A DNA stretch of 64,000 nt from Candidatus Onthomorpha sp. GTDB taxonomy: Bacteria > Bacteroidota > Bacteroidia > Bacteroidales > P3. The first letter of the stretch is position 1. Every line of letters starts with the position of its first letter. Where the stretch lies: assembly GCA_045645265.1 (NCBI GenBank), contig JAZRIM010000006.1:2000-65999 (forward strand), given 5' to 3'. The position numbers and the translations under genes are program-made. A model generated the notes under the pieces. The model ran no database searches. It had not been told where the DNA came from and saw only the letters and a program-made list of their open reading frames with translations. Below are positions 28,169 to 38,370 of this stretch, in pieces.

Positions 28169-30217
28169 ATGAAAAGATTAACAACTTTTATTTTAAGTTT
28201 TGTGCTAACTATGAGTCTTATGGCACAAAATCTAAGCAATAATACAGTAAGTGTTACATTCTATGACACTACTGCCACAGTTGCTATAGCAGATAATATT
28301 TCTCAATATATCACAACAACGATTAGTGGAGCACACGTTTCTATTGTTCAAAGCAGTGAAGTATCTGAGGAAATAACTTATAGGCTTAGTGGTACATCTA
28401 ACGATGGCGAGTTTTATATGTCGGGTTCTTATAAGGCAACTATTGAATTGAACGGATTAAATCTAACAAATCTAAATCCTGTTAATAGTGGTGCAGCTAT
28501 TCATATTGATAATAGCAAACGCATAAAGGTGAAAATTTTAGACGGAACTACTAATAGTCTTGTTGATGCTGCAAGTGGTTCTCAAAAAGGTTGTTTTTAT
28601 ATAAAAGGACACTCTGAATTTTCCCAATCAGGCACATTAAACGTAATTGGAAATAAAAAACATGCAATTAAAGTAGGAGAATATATTTCAATAAAAGATG
28701 CAACTATTAACGTAACATCGGCTTTGGGAGATGGCATTTCTTGTAATCAATATTTTCTTATGGAAAGTGGATTTGCTAATATAAGTGGAACTACTGATGA
28801 CGGTTTGCAATGCGACCTTGATAGTGATTCTTCTACGGGTATTATAGAGGATCACGAAGATGAAGATTCAGGTAATATCTATATTAGCGGAGGAAATATC
28901 ACTATCAATTGCAATGGAATTGCAGCAAAAGGAATTAAGAGTGAAGGAGATATATATTTGTCTGACGAATGTGTAATTAACGTAACTACAACAGGTAATG
29001 GAAGATGGGACGAGGAAGATTTAGAAACAAGTGCTGCTTGTGGAATTAGTGCAGATGGCAATATTACTATTAGTGGAGGAAATATTACTCTTGTTGCAAC
29101 AGGTTCTGGAGGAAAAGGTTTGAAATGTGATGGAATTTTAACAGTGAGCGGAGGAAATCTTTCTGCTGAAACAAGTGGTGCTCTTTATTATAATAATGGT
29201 ACAACAGAGAATTTAAACTATACAGGTAATACTGACAATGTAGATAATGCTTATTATTCTTCTCCAAAAGCTATTAGGGTAGGTGTTAAAACTGAAAATG
29301 GCAATAGCTATACTTATAGTGGAGGAATTGTTATTAGTGGTGGGGTAATTAAAGCAAAAACAAGCGGTACTAATGCAGAGGGTATAGAAAGTAAAAACAC
29401 CTTAGAAATTAGCGGAGGAGAAATTTACGTTGATGCTTACGATGATGGAATTAACTCTGGTCAAGATATGATTATTACAAATGGATATGTTTATTCACGC
29501 TCTGCTAATAATGATGCAATAGATGCAAATGGAGATGTTTATATAAATGGAGGACTTGTTTACGCAATAGGCTCTCGCGCTCCAGAAGTAGCTATTGATG
29601 CCAACTCTGAGGAAGGAAAACGCCTATATCTTAACGGAGGAATAATAATTTCTATAGGAGGGTTAGAACAAGGTGCTGTTTTATCACAAACTTGCTATCA
29701 ATCATCAACTGTAAATAGCAATACATGGTATTCAATGAGCTATGGAAATGAAGTTATTGCTTTTTATGTTCCAACAATTAGCAGTGGTGGTGGACCTGGT
29801 GGGTGGTCTGGATATGCTCCAGGAGGTCCTGGCGGACCTGGTGGTAGCAATTCAAGTGGTTTAATTGTGTCTACACCTTCTACTCCAACGATAATGAATG
29901 GTATCACAATAGATGGAGGAAGTAGCATTTTTGAAGAAAACTGTTATCTTGATGCTATAGTGAATGGAGGTTCTAATGTAACAGCAACCATATATGGGAA
30001 TAGTGGTGGCGGTAGTAACTCGCTTGAAGATTTTGATATGACGAATATTACTATAAGAAATTTAAATAGAGAAATTATTGTGGAAGGTTGTGAGAATTGT
30101 GAATTAAAGATATTTGATATTGAAGGTAGATTAGTAAGTAATTCTAACCTTACCGCTGGAGTTTATATTGTTAAAGTAGGAAATTATCCTGCACAAAAAA
30201 TTGTGATTACAGAGTAA
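28169..30217 (+). CDS. Cthe_2159-like parallel beta-helix carbohydrate-binding protein with T9SS C-terminal sorting domain
   Basis: Signal peptide. Repeated ISGGNIT/ISGG.I coils. Gly/Pro-rich linker GGGPGGWSGYAPGGPGGPGG. C-terminal ...KIFDIEGRLV...GVYIVKVGN...KIVITE. Confidence 0.65.
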   Translation: MKRLTTFILSFVLTMSLMAQNLSNNTVSVTFYDTTATVAIADNISQYITTTISGAHVSIVQSSEVSEEITYRLSGTSNDGEFYMSGSYKATIELNGLNLTNLNPVNSGAAIHIDNSKRIKVKILDGTTNSLVDAASGSQKGCFYIKGHSEFSQSGTLNVIGNKKHAIKVGEYISIKDATINVTSALGDGISCNQYFLMESGFANISGTTDDGLQCDLDSDSSTGIIEDHEDEDSGNIYISGGNITINCNGIAAKGIKSEGDIYLSDECVINVTTTGNGRWDEEDLETSAACGISADGNITISGGNITLVATGSGGKGLKCDGILTVSGGNLSAETSGALYYNNGTTENLNYTGNTDNVDNAYYSSPKAIRVGVKTENGNSYTYSGGIVISGGVIKAKTSGTNAEGIESKNTLEISGGEIYVDAYDDGINSGQDMIITNGYVYSRSANNDAIDANGDVYINGGLVYAIGSRAPEVAIDANSEEGKRLYLNGGIIISIGGLEQGAVLSQTCYQSSTVNSNTWYSMSYGNEVIAFYVPTISSGGGPGGWSGYAPGGPGGPGGSNSSGLIVSTPSTPTIMNGITIDGGSSIFEENCYLDAIVNGGSNVTATIYGNSGGGSNSLEDFDMTNITIRNLNREIIVEGCENCELKIFDIEGRLVSNSNLTAGVYIVKVGNYPAQKIVITE

Positions 30218-30240
30218 TTAAAGATTTTAGATTTTTTAGT

Positions 30241-32385
30241 ATGAAGAAAAAGTTATTTTTACTTGGATTGGCAGTTTTGATGATTATGCCAAATCTATTT
30301 GCTGATGAGGGAATGTGGTTACCTCTTTTATTGAAAAACAAAGAGGCTGATATGCAAAAAAATGGAATGCGTATTAGTGCAGAAGACATTTATAATGTAA
30401 ACAACGCTTCTTTAAAAGATGCAGTTATGTTGTTTGGAACAGGTTGTACAGGAGAATTTGTTTCAAACCAAGGTTTGTTGCTAACAAATCATCATTGTGG
30501 TTATAGTTTTATTGTCTCTCACTCTACGGTTGAAAGAGATTATCTTACAAATGGTTTTTGGGCAATGAGCAAAGAAGAAGAATTGCCTTGCAAAGGACTA
30601 ACTATTACACGTTTGGTTTATATGGAAGATGTAACTAAACGTGTGTTAGAAGGGATTAAGGATAATATGTCGGAGGTTGAACGTCAGGATTTGATAGAAA
30701 TCAATATTAAAAAGGTGATTGAAAAGGCTACTGAGAACAATCATTATTCTGCTGTAATAAAACCTTTCTATTACGGCAACCAATATTTTATGTATGTTAA
30801 TGAGGTGTTTAAAGATGTTCGCTTAGTTGGTGCACCTCCTTCAAATATTGGTAAATTTGGTGGAGATACTGACAATTGGATGTGGCCAAGACACACAGGA
30901 GATTTCTCAGTGTTTAGAGTTTATGCAGATAAAGATGGAAAACCTGCTGAATATTCAAAAGACAACGTACCTTATACTCCAAAGAAACATTTAAAGATAA
31001 ATATAAAAGGTGTTGAGGAAGGAGATTTCACTTTTGTGTTTGGTTATCCTGGAACAACTAAACAGTTTCTTACCTCTGATGCGGTAAACTATGTTCAAAA
31101 CATTGAAGACCCTACAAGAATTAAGTTAAGAACTGCAAGACTTGATGTATATAATAGAGCAATGAATGAAAGCCCTGCTCAAAGATTGAGATATGCTTCT
31201 AAAGTTGCGTCTGTGGCTAACGGTTGGAAAAAGTGGCAAGGTGAGGTTAGAGGCTTGAAAAGATTGAACGCTATTGAAAAGAAAAAAGAATTTGAAAAAG
31301 AATTTAACCTTTGGGCAAAAGATAAGGATAAGTATAAAAATGTTCTTTCGGAATTAAAGACTGCTTATGCCGAAATGGAGAAAATAAATTTGTCTTATAC
31401 TTATTTGAACGAGGCTGTGTTTGCTTCGGATTTGATGGTTCAAGTAAGAAAGCTTGGAATGGCTATTGCAAGTAGCGATGAGGCAAGTCTTGGAAATAAT
31501 ATGTTAAAGTTCTATGCTGATTTGTCAAAATATTATGCGAATGATTATGTTAATCATCGCAGGGTAGATAAAGAGATTTTTGTTAGAGCGATGTCTATTT
31601 TCTATAATGATTATGCAAAAGAGAATTATGTGTGGTTGAGAGATGTTGTAAAGAAAGACTACAATGATAACGCAGAGGCTTATTTTGATTATGTTTATGA
31701 AAATTCTGTTTTGACTTGTCCTAAAAAGGCAGAAAAGATATTTAAAAATTTTTCAAAGAAGAGTGTGAAAAAATTGGAAAAAGACCCTGCGTTTGAACTC
31801 TTTACTCCTATTTGGATGCAGTACATGGAAAAGGATAGATTTGAGTTGGCTTTCTATGATGACAAGGTTGATAGTCTTTATAGGGTTTATGTAGATGGTA
31901 TAATGAAAAAAGATACTAAGAAAGAGTTTTATCCTGATGCTAATCTTACTTTGAGGGTTGCATACGGAAACATAAAGACTTATTCTCCAAAAGATGCTGT
32001 TAGGTATGAGGCTTTCTCAACTATTGAGGGTATAATGGAAAAAGAAAATCCTGAGATATATGATTATGTTGTTGAACCAAAGTTGAAACAACTATATAAT
32101 AATAAGGATTATGGTCAATATGCTAATTATAAGGGTGAATTGCCTGTTGCCTTTATTGCAAGTAATCACACAACAGGAGGAAATTCTGGTAGTCCTGTTT
32201 TAGATAAAGACGGAAATCTAATTGGTATTAACTTCGATAGAAATTGGGAAGGTACAATGAGCGATGTTATGTATGACCCTTCGCAATGTAGAAACATATC
32301 TTTGGATATTCGTTATTGTTTATTTATAATTGACAAATTTGCTGGTGCATCTCATCTTGTTGATGAAATGACCTTAATCAAATAA
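30241..32385 (+). CDS. dpp11: Peptidase S46 dipeptidyl-peptidase, DPP11 subtype
   Basis: N-terminal ADEGMWLP. Catalytic triad context TNHHCG ... GGNSGSPV. Arg lies 18 residues after the catalytic Ser (NFDR), equivalent to Arg673 of P. gingivalis DPP11. Confidence 0.8.
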   Translation: MKKKLFLLGLAVLMIMPNLFADEGMWLPLLLKNKEADMQKNGMRISAEDIYNVNNASLKDAVMLFGTGCTGEFVSNQGLLLTNHHCGYSFIVSHSTVERDYLTNGFWAMSKEEELPCKGLTITRLVYMEDVTKRVLEGIKDNMSEVERQDLIEINIKKVIEKATENNHYSAVIKPFYYGNQYFMYVNEVFKDVRLVGAPPSNIGKFGGDTDNWMWPRHTGDFSVFRVYADKDGKPAEYSKDNVPYTPKKHLKINIKGVEEGDFTFVFGYPGTTKQFLTSDAVNYVQNIEDPTRIKLRTARLDVYNRAMNESPAQRLRYASKVASVANGWKKWQGEVRGLKRLNAIEKKKEFEKEFNLWAKDKDKYKNVLSELKTAYAEMEKINLSYTYLNEAVFASDLMVQVRKLGMAIASSDEASLGNNMLKFYADLSKYYANDYVNHRRVDKEIFVRAMSIFYNDYAKENYVWLRDVVKKDYNDNAEAYFDYVYENSVLTCPKKAEKIFKNFSKKSVKKLEKDPAFELFTPIWMQYMEKDRFELAFYDDKVDSLYRVYVDGIMKKDTKKEFYPDANLTLRVAYGNIKTYSPKDAVRYEAFSTIEGIMEKENPEIYDYVVEPKLKQLYNNKDYGQYANYKGELPVAFIASNHTTGGNSGSPVLDKDGNLIGINFDRNWEGTMSDVMYDPSQCRNISLDIRYCLFIIDKFAGASHLVDEMTLIK

Positions 32386-32398
32386 AAAATATTGCGAG

Positions 32399-34858
32399 AT
32401 GAAAATATCATATAATTGGCTAAAAAAATATGTTGATACTAATGTGTCGGCAGAAGAAGTTGCAAATCTTTTAACTTTCGGTGGTTTGGAAGTAGAAGAT
32501 GTTGAATTGGTTGAAAGTATTAAAGGAGGATTGAAAAATTTCTTTGTAGGCGAAGTCTTGACTTGTGAAAATCATCCTAATTCGGACCATCTTCATATAA
32601 CAAAGGTGAGTGTTGGAGGTGAAGAGCCTTTGAATATTGTTTGTGGTGCTCCAAACGTGGCAGCAGGTCAAAAGGTGATTGTTGCTACAATAGGTGCTAA
32701 GATTTATGAGGAAAACGGAGAGTGTTTTGAAATAAAGAAAAGCAAACTTAGAGGTGAGCCAAGTGAGGGTATGATTTGCTCTGAAAAAGAACTTTGTTTG
32801 AGCGATAATAACGATGGTATATTAGTTTTAGACCAAGATGCAAAGGTTGGTACTCCTGCTAAGGAATATTTCAATATTGAGGAAGATTATGTTTTTGAAA
32901 TAGGTCTGACGGCTAATCGTAGCGATGCAACTTCTCATATAGGCGTTGCAAGGGATTTAGTCGCTTTGTTAAAAAGTCAATTAAATGAAGAAAAGTCTTT
33001 AAACATTCCAAGTGTAGAGGATTTTCAAGTAGAAGAAACTTCTGAAACAATAGAAATAAATATAGATACTAATCTTTGCAAGAGATATAGTGCTGTTGTA
33101 GTAAAGGGTGTTGAAGTAAAGGAGAGCCCAAAGTGGTTAGCTGATAGTTTAAGGGCTATTGGTTTACGTCCTGTTAATAATATTGTTGATATAACTAACT
33201 TTATTTTAATGGAAGTTGGTCAGCCGCTTCACGCTTTTGATTTCTCAAAGGTGAAAGGTAATCAAATTAATGTTAAGGCTCTTGAAAAAGATAGTGTTTT
33301 TGTAACTCTTGATGGGGTAGAAAGAAAGCTTAACGGTAAAGAGGCTATGGTTTGCAATAGTCAAGAGCCGATGTGTATGGGTGGTATTTACGGAGGATTG
33401 GATAGCGGAGTGAGTGAAAAGACTGTTGATGTGCTTATTGAGAGTGCTTATTTTGATCCTGTGGTTATTCGTAAGGCTGCAAAGCATCATGGTTTGAAAA
33501 CTGATGCTTCTTTTAGATATGAAAGAGGTGCAGACCCTAATATTACTCTTTATGCTTTGAAACGTGCTGCTCTTTTAATTAAGGAAGTTGCTGGTGGTAA
33601 GGTTTCTTCTGAAATAGTAGATGTTTATCCGGAAGAAATAAAACCGAGAGAAATTGAGCTTTCGTTTGAGAGAATGGATAGTTTGATTGGCAAAAAATTA
33701 GATAGAGAAACGGTAAAGAATATATTAAACAAACTAAATATTGAAACTGTTTGCAGAGAAGATGGTTTGACTGCTATTGTGCCTACTAATAAAGTTGATG
33801 TTACAAGAGAGTGTGATTTGATTGAAGAAATACTTAGAGTATATGGATACAATAATGTGGAGATTTCTGCAAGTATGAAAAATTGTATTTCTTCTTCTGC
33901 GAAACCTAATCCAGAAAAAATTCAGGCTTTTGTTTCTGATATGTTGGCTGCAAAAGGCTTTAACGAAACTATGAACAATTCTTTGACAAAGGTTTCTTAT
34001 TATGAAAACAACAAAGACTTTCTACAAGAAAATTCTGTGTTGGTTTTAAATGCTTTAAGTAAAGACCTTGGGCAAATGAGACAAACTCTTCTTTATGGTC
34101 AATTGGAAACTATTTCTTATAATATCAATCGTAAGACAGGCGATTTAAGATTGTTTGAGTTTGGTAATTGTTATCAAAAGAATATTGAAAGTTTTGAAAA
34201 TTCTGAAATTACAAAAAGATATACCGAACATAAACATCTTGCAATGCTTACAACAGGAAAGAGTATTGAAAGTTGGCAAGCAAAAAGAGTTGATGAGGAT
34301 TTTTATTTCTTAAAGAATATTTTGTTGAATATTTTCTCTGAACTTAGAGTGAATATGACACGTTTTGAACTTCAACAAATAGAAAACGAATCATATCTTT
34401 ACGCTTTGGCATACGTGGCAAAAGATAGTAAAAAAACTATTGCGACAATTGGTATGTTAAGGCCTGCTCTTTGCAAGAAATGGGATATAAAACAAAGTGT
34501 TTTCTATGCAGATGTGGATTGGACTTTGCTTTATCGCTATATTCCTTCTAAGAGTGTAAGATATGAAGAAATAAGTAAATTCCCTGAGGTGAGAAGGGAT
34601 TTGGCTTTGGTTGTGAAAGAAGAAATTACTTTTGCACAGATGGAAGCTTTGGCTTATCAAACAGAAAAGAAATTGTTGAAAAAGGTTTCTTTGTTTGACG
34701 TTTACACAGGTGATAAATTGCCTGAGAGACACAAACAATATGCTTTAAGTTTTATTCTTCAAGATAATGAAAAGACTTTGACGGATAAACAAATTGAAGC
34801 AATTATGTCTAAACTCTTGAAAACATTTGAACAAAAATTAGAAGCTAAATTAAGATAA
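32399..34858 (+). CDS. pheT: Phenylalanine--tRNA ligase beta subunit
   Basis: 819 aa, starting MKISYNWLK. Contains tRNA-binding, B3/4, B5 and FDX-ACB modules. Confidence 0.95.
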   Translation: MKISYNWLKKYVDTNVSAEEVANLLTFGGLEVEDVELVESIKGGLKNFFVGEVLTCENHPNSDHLHITKVSVGGEEPLNIVCGAPNVAAGQKVIVATIGAKIYEENGECFEIKKSKLRGEPSEGMICSEKELCLSDNNDGILVLDQDAKVGTPAKEYFNIEEDYVFEIGLTANRSDATSHIGVARDLVALLKSQLNEEKSLNIPSVEDFQVEETSETIEINIDTNLCKRYSAVVVKGVEVKESPKWLADSLRAIGLRPVNNIVDITNFILMEVGQPLHAFDFSKVKGNQINVKALEKDSVFVTLDGVERKLNGKEAMVCNSQEPMCMGGIYGGLDSGVSEKTVDVLIESAYFDPVVIRKAAKHHGLKTDASFRYERGADPNITLYALKRAALLIKEVAGGKVSSEIVDVYPEEIKPREIELSFERMDSLIGKKLDRETVKNILNKLNIETVCREDGLTAIVPTNKVDVTRECDLIEEILRVYGYNNVEISASMKNCISSSAKPNPEKIQAFVSDMLAAKGFNETMNNSLTKVSYYENNKDFLQENSVLVLNALSKDLGQMRQTLLYGQLETISYNINRKTGDLRLFEFGNCYQKNIESFENSEITKRYTEHKHLAMLTTGKSIESWQAKRVDEDFYFLKNILLNIFSELRVNMTRFELQQIENESYLYALAYVAKDSKKTIATIGMLRPALCKKWDIKQSVFYADVDWTLLYRYIPSKSVRYEEISKFPEVRRDLALVVKEEITFAQMEALAYQTEKKLLKKVSLFDVYTGDKLPERHKQYALSFILQDNEKTLTDKQIEAIMSKLLKTFEQKLEAKLR

Positions 34859-34863
34859 TCATT

Positions 34864-35280
34864 ATGCGAAGCCTCTTACATTACGATATAAAAATTTTAA
34901 TAGCATTGCTTGAATCGCTAAAAGGAGATAAAAAATTTTTTATGTTCTTAGTCAATAACGGATTTCCTGAATTGGCTGCTTGGAGCAATGCTGTAAGAGG
35001 TGATGAAGAGGCTTTGCATTGGCTTTTCGATAATGGATTTGGAACTCTTGGGGTTTTGAGTAACGCAATTGACGGAGAGAAAAAAGCTGTACAATGGGTG
35101 CTTCGCTCAAACGATGAGTTTCTAATAAATTTCTCTGCTGCATGTAGAAAAGAAGATGACGGCAAACGCTGGTTAGAAGATAATGAATTGAATATCTTTA
35201 TCAAAATGTCAGAAGAGATAATTATAATTCTTGACAAGCAAGTAAAAGACAGAATGTTTTGGTATAAATGGAGAAAATAA
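34864..35280 (+). CDS. Hypothetical protein with three ~27-aa internal repeats
   Basis: Repeats: FLVNNGFPELAAWSNAVRGDEEALHWL / FDNGFGTLGVLSNAIDGEKKAVQWVL / RSNDEFLINFSAACRKEDDGKRWLEDN. Tightly coupled to pheT with a 5-nt gap. Confidence 0.6.
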   Translation: MRSLLHYDIKILIALLESLKGDKKFFMFLVNNGFPELAAWSNAVRGDEEALHWLFDNGFGTLGVLSNAIDGEKKAVQWVLRSNDEFLINFSAACRKEDDGKRWLEDNELNIFIKMSEEIIIILDKQVKDRMFWYKWRK

Positions 35281-35523
35281 CAAACAATTCTTTTTGTTTG
35301 TTATTTGTTTTATATCTTAACTTATCTTTTACAAGAGCATAAAAGCACCCGCTAACACTTATTAATTCACTTTCTTTCGTTGCAGTAAGTCTTTTATTTT
35401 TACTTTGTTAGACAAGTATAATAATGCTTGAAATGAAATAGACAAAGAAAAATAATTATTTTTTTATTGAACCATTGTGAAAAAACAAATGTTTTATAGA
35501 AAATTTAAAAACACAATGGTATT

Positions 35524-36204
35524 ATGAAAAAAACAGCGATTCTTTTAATTATTTCTTTGTTTGCGACAAATATTTCTTTGTTTTCGCAAAATAAAACAAA
35601 GACTTCTGGATTTGTTTCCACAACAAGTTTCACAATGGGATTTATTAGCAATTTTGAAGATTTGAATGCCTCTATCAAGTCTTACTATCCAGAATACAAA
35701 GACTTCAATCCAATAATGCAAACAGGTTTTACACTTGGTTTTGGCTATTATTTCAAAGACAGATTTTCTATTTTGACAGAAAGTTTTGCTTCCTCTGCTC
35801 CTTCTGTGAGCAGTCACGAAGACCAATATGCAGAACTACGAAGTTATGGCAGTAAATTAGAGATTTCTTATGTATTTTATAGAGTAAAAAACTTTGATTT
35901 TGAATTTTCTATTGGGCTTGGAGGACAATACAATAGTTTTTTGCATACCATAAAAAACAAAAACGAAGAATATGAACCTAAATTAGCCCTTACTTCCTTG
36001 AATACCGTTGTTCCACTTGGCTTTACTTGGTGGATATACAAAGAAAACGAGGCTCACATTGGCAATAGAGCAGTAGGAATTAGCCTTGACTATAATCTTA
36101 TTGCACACAAAGGGATCACAACCGTTACAGGTTTTACTCAAAAAGCACATTATCCAAACATATCAAGCAACAACCTTTGGATAAGTATTGTACTTAAAAT
36201 GTAA
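35524..36204 (+). CDS. Outer-membrane beta-barrel protein (hypothetical)
   Basis: Signal peptide MKKTAILLIISLFATNISLFSQ. Alternating beta-strand pattern. Confidence 0.55.
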   Translation: MKKTAILLIISLFATNISLFSQNKTKTSGFVSTTSFTMGFISNFEDLNASIKSYYPEYKDFNPIMQTGFTLGFGYYFKDRFSILTESFASSAPSVSSHEDQYAELRSYGSKLEISYVFYRVKNFDFEFSIGLGGQYNSFLHTIKNKNEEYEPKLALTSLNTVVPLGFTWWIYKENEAHIGNRAVGISLDYNLIAHKGITTVTGFTQKAHYPNISSNNLWISIVLKM

Positions 36205-36213
36205 AATTATTCA

Positions 36214-36240
36214 TATATTTGCAGTTTGAAAGCAAATATA
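36214..36240 (+). promoter_or_regulatory. 9-bp hairpin whose left arm is the thiL -7 box TATATTTG
   Basis: TATATTTGC (36214-36222) / GCAAATATA (36232-36240). Lies 10 nt after the upstream stop and 28 nt before ATG 36250. Confidence 0.5.
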
Positions 36241-36249
36241 GTTTGTTAA

Positions 36250-37299
36250 ATGAGTGAAAGAACAGAATTAGAAAGTTTAGGAGAATTTGGACTAATAGAA
36301 AGACTAACTCCTGAACATACAAGACAAATAAAAAATAGTAGTACAATATTATCTATTGGAGATGATGCGGCATGTTTAGAATATAAAGACAAAGTTGTTT
36401 TGGTTTCCACAGATATTATGACAGAAGGAGTGCATTTCGATATGGTTTACACTCCTTTAAAGCATTTAGGATATAAGGCTTGCGTAGTTAATTTTTCTGA
36501 CATCTATGCAATGAATGGCCGTCCTAAACAAATTACAATTTCATTAGCCGTTAGCAATCGTTACTCCGTTGAAGCATTAGAAGAATTGTATGCAGGAATA
36601 TATCTTGCTTGCGAAAAATATGGAGTAGATGTAGTTGGAGGAGATACAACAAGCTCTGCAGCAGGAATGTTTCTTTCAATAACCGTTATCGGAGAGGCTG
36701 AAAAAGAAAATATAATTAAAAGAAACGGAGCAAAACCTTATGATTTACTGTGTGTAACAGGGGATTTAGGAGCGGCTTATGCAGGATTGTTGGTCTTACA
36801 AAGAGAAAAAGCTGCTTTTATGGTCAATCCTAATAGCCAACCTCAATTACAAGATTACGAATATGAGGTTGGACGTCAATTAAAGCCTGAGGCGCAAAAG
36901 AAAATCATAGACTTTTTTGAACAAGAAGGCATTTTGCCAACTTCAATGATAGATATTTCAGACGGACTTGCCTCTGAAACATTACATATTTGCAAACAAT
37001 CGGAGGTTGGTTGTGAAATCTATTTAGAAAAAATACCTATTGATTACAGAACCTCACGAACATTCGAAGAATTTAAAATCTTAGCAGACACAGGTGCTTT
37101 AAATGGTGGAGAAGACTATGAATTACTATTCACAATCAATCAAAAAGATTACGAAAAAATACAAAAAAACGACAATATTCACGTCATAGGACATATAACA
37201 GACAAATCATTAGGCTGTCAGTTAGTTACACCTCAAAATACCACAATCGAATTAAAAGCACGAGGCTGGAATCATTATAAAAACGAAGAAAACGAATAG
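36250..37299 (+). CDS. thiL: Thiamine-monophosphate kinase
   Basis: AIR-synthase-like fold with the IGDDAA motif, 349 aa. Confidence 0.85.
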   Translation: MSERTELESLGEFGLIERLTPEHTRQIKNSSTILSIGDDAACLEYKDKVVLVSTDIMTEGVHFDMVYTPLKHLGYKACVVNFSDIYAMNGRPKQITISLAVSNRYSVEALEELYAGIYLACEKYGVDVVGGDTTSSAAGMFLSITVIGEAEKENIIKRNGAKPYDLLCVTGDLGAAYAGLLVLQREKAAFMVNPNSQPQLQDYEYEVGRQLKPEAQKKIIDFFEQEGILPTSMIDISDGLASETLHICKQSEVGCEIYLEKIPIDYRTSRTFEEFKILADTGALNGGEDYELLFTINQKDYEKIQKNDNIHVIGHITDKSLGCQLVTPQNTTIELKARGWNHYKNEENE

Positions 37300-37301
37300 A
37301 A

Positions 37302-37922
37302 ATGATAAAGAATTTATTATTAGATATGGGAGGTGTGATACTTAATGTAAGTTATCACAAGATTGTAGAAACGTTTAAAAGTTACGGAATAGAGAATTTT
37401 GATAAAATTTACACACAAGCAAGTCAGGTTCCTATAATTGATAAATTTGAAGAAGGAAATTGTAGCATAGAAGAGTTTAGAAATGGAATTAGAGAATTGG
37501 TTCAATATCCTTTGACAGATGAGCAAATTGACAAGGCTTGGTTTGCTATGATTTTAGATTTACCAAAAGAAATTATTCAATTACTTGGCATCTTAAAATT
37601 GAAATATAAGCTTTATTTATTCTCAAACACAAACGAGTTACACATAGAATATTTAAAAAAAGATTTTGAAAAGCAATTGGGATTTGACTTATTCTCTTGT
37701 GTTTTCAATAAAGCATATTTTTCAAACGAAATTCACAGAAGAAAACCTCACCCAGAATCTTTTCAATTCGTACTTGATGATGCAGGAATAAAAGCAGAAG
37801 AAACTTTATTCATAGACGACTCGCCTCAACATCTTGAAGGAGCAAAACAAATAGGTTTAAACACCTATTGGCTGACTAATGGAGAAACGTTAATAGACCT
37901 TTACGACAAAAAAATATTATAA
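37302..37922 (+). CDS. HAD-superfamily hydrolase, subfamily IA
   Basis: Motif I LLDMGGV, SNTN, and motif IV FIDDS. Confidence 0.8.
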   Translation: MIKNLLLDMGGVILNVSYHKIVETFKSYGIENFDKIYTQASQVPIIDKFEEGNCSIEEFRNGIRELVQYPLTDEQIDKAWFAMILDLPKEIIQLLGILKLKYKLYLFSNTNELHIEYLKKDFEKQLGFDLFSCVFNKAYFSNEIHRRKPHPESFQFVLDDAGIKAEETLFIDDSPQHLEGAKQIGLNTYWLTNGETLIDLYDKKIL

Positions 37923-38254
37923 TGAAATCATCTGTCTTTAAAGAGAATAAATTATTAAAACGATTTGTAAATAAGTACACAATAACTATACTTATTTTTG
38001 CTGTCTTATTATTATTCTCTCCAAATAATAATATCTTATATTACTTTAAAATAAAGGAACAATGCAAAGAAGTTGAGCAACAAAAAAACTTTATCTTAGA
38101 GGAAATCAAGCAAGATAGTATTAGAAATGCAGACTTAGAAAAAAATATTAAAGCAAAAGAAAAATATGGCAGAGAAAAATATTTAATGAAGGCTGCAAAC
38201 GAGGATATTTACGTAATAAAACAACAAGAAAACAATTCTTCTATTCAACAATAA
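37922..38254 (+). CDS. Septum formation initiator family protein (FtsB/DivIC-like)
   Basis: A single TM helix followed by a coiled coil. C-terminal EKYGREKYLMKAANEDIYVI is typical of the family. Confidence 0.65.
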   Translation: MKSSVFKENKLLKRFVNKYTITILIFAVLLLFSPNNNILYYFKIKEQCKEVEQQKNFILEEIKQDSIRNADLEKNIKAKEKYGREKYLMKAANEDIYVIKQQENNSSIQQ

Positions 38255-38309
38255 TGTCATTCACTAATAAAAAATAAGCCTTTTTCTTAGCGAATTAACA
38301 GAAAAGTTG

Positions 38310-38317
38310 TATTTTTG
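38310..38317 (+). promoter_or_regulatory. -7 box TATTTTTG
   Basis: 53 nt upstream of ATG 38371. Confidence 0.5.
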
Positions 38318-38370
38318 TAGTCTGTTAAAATAGGTTTCTTTAATTTTTTGTCTAAAAATTGATTAAATAT

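Noticed and set aside
34881-35237. A 118-aa ORF antisense to 34864-35280.
   Set aside because: Ser-rich, low-complexity sequence. The sense frame has internal repeats and tight coupling to pheT.
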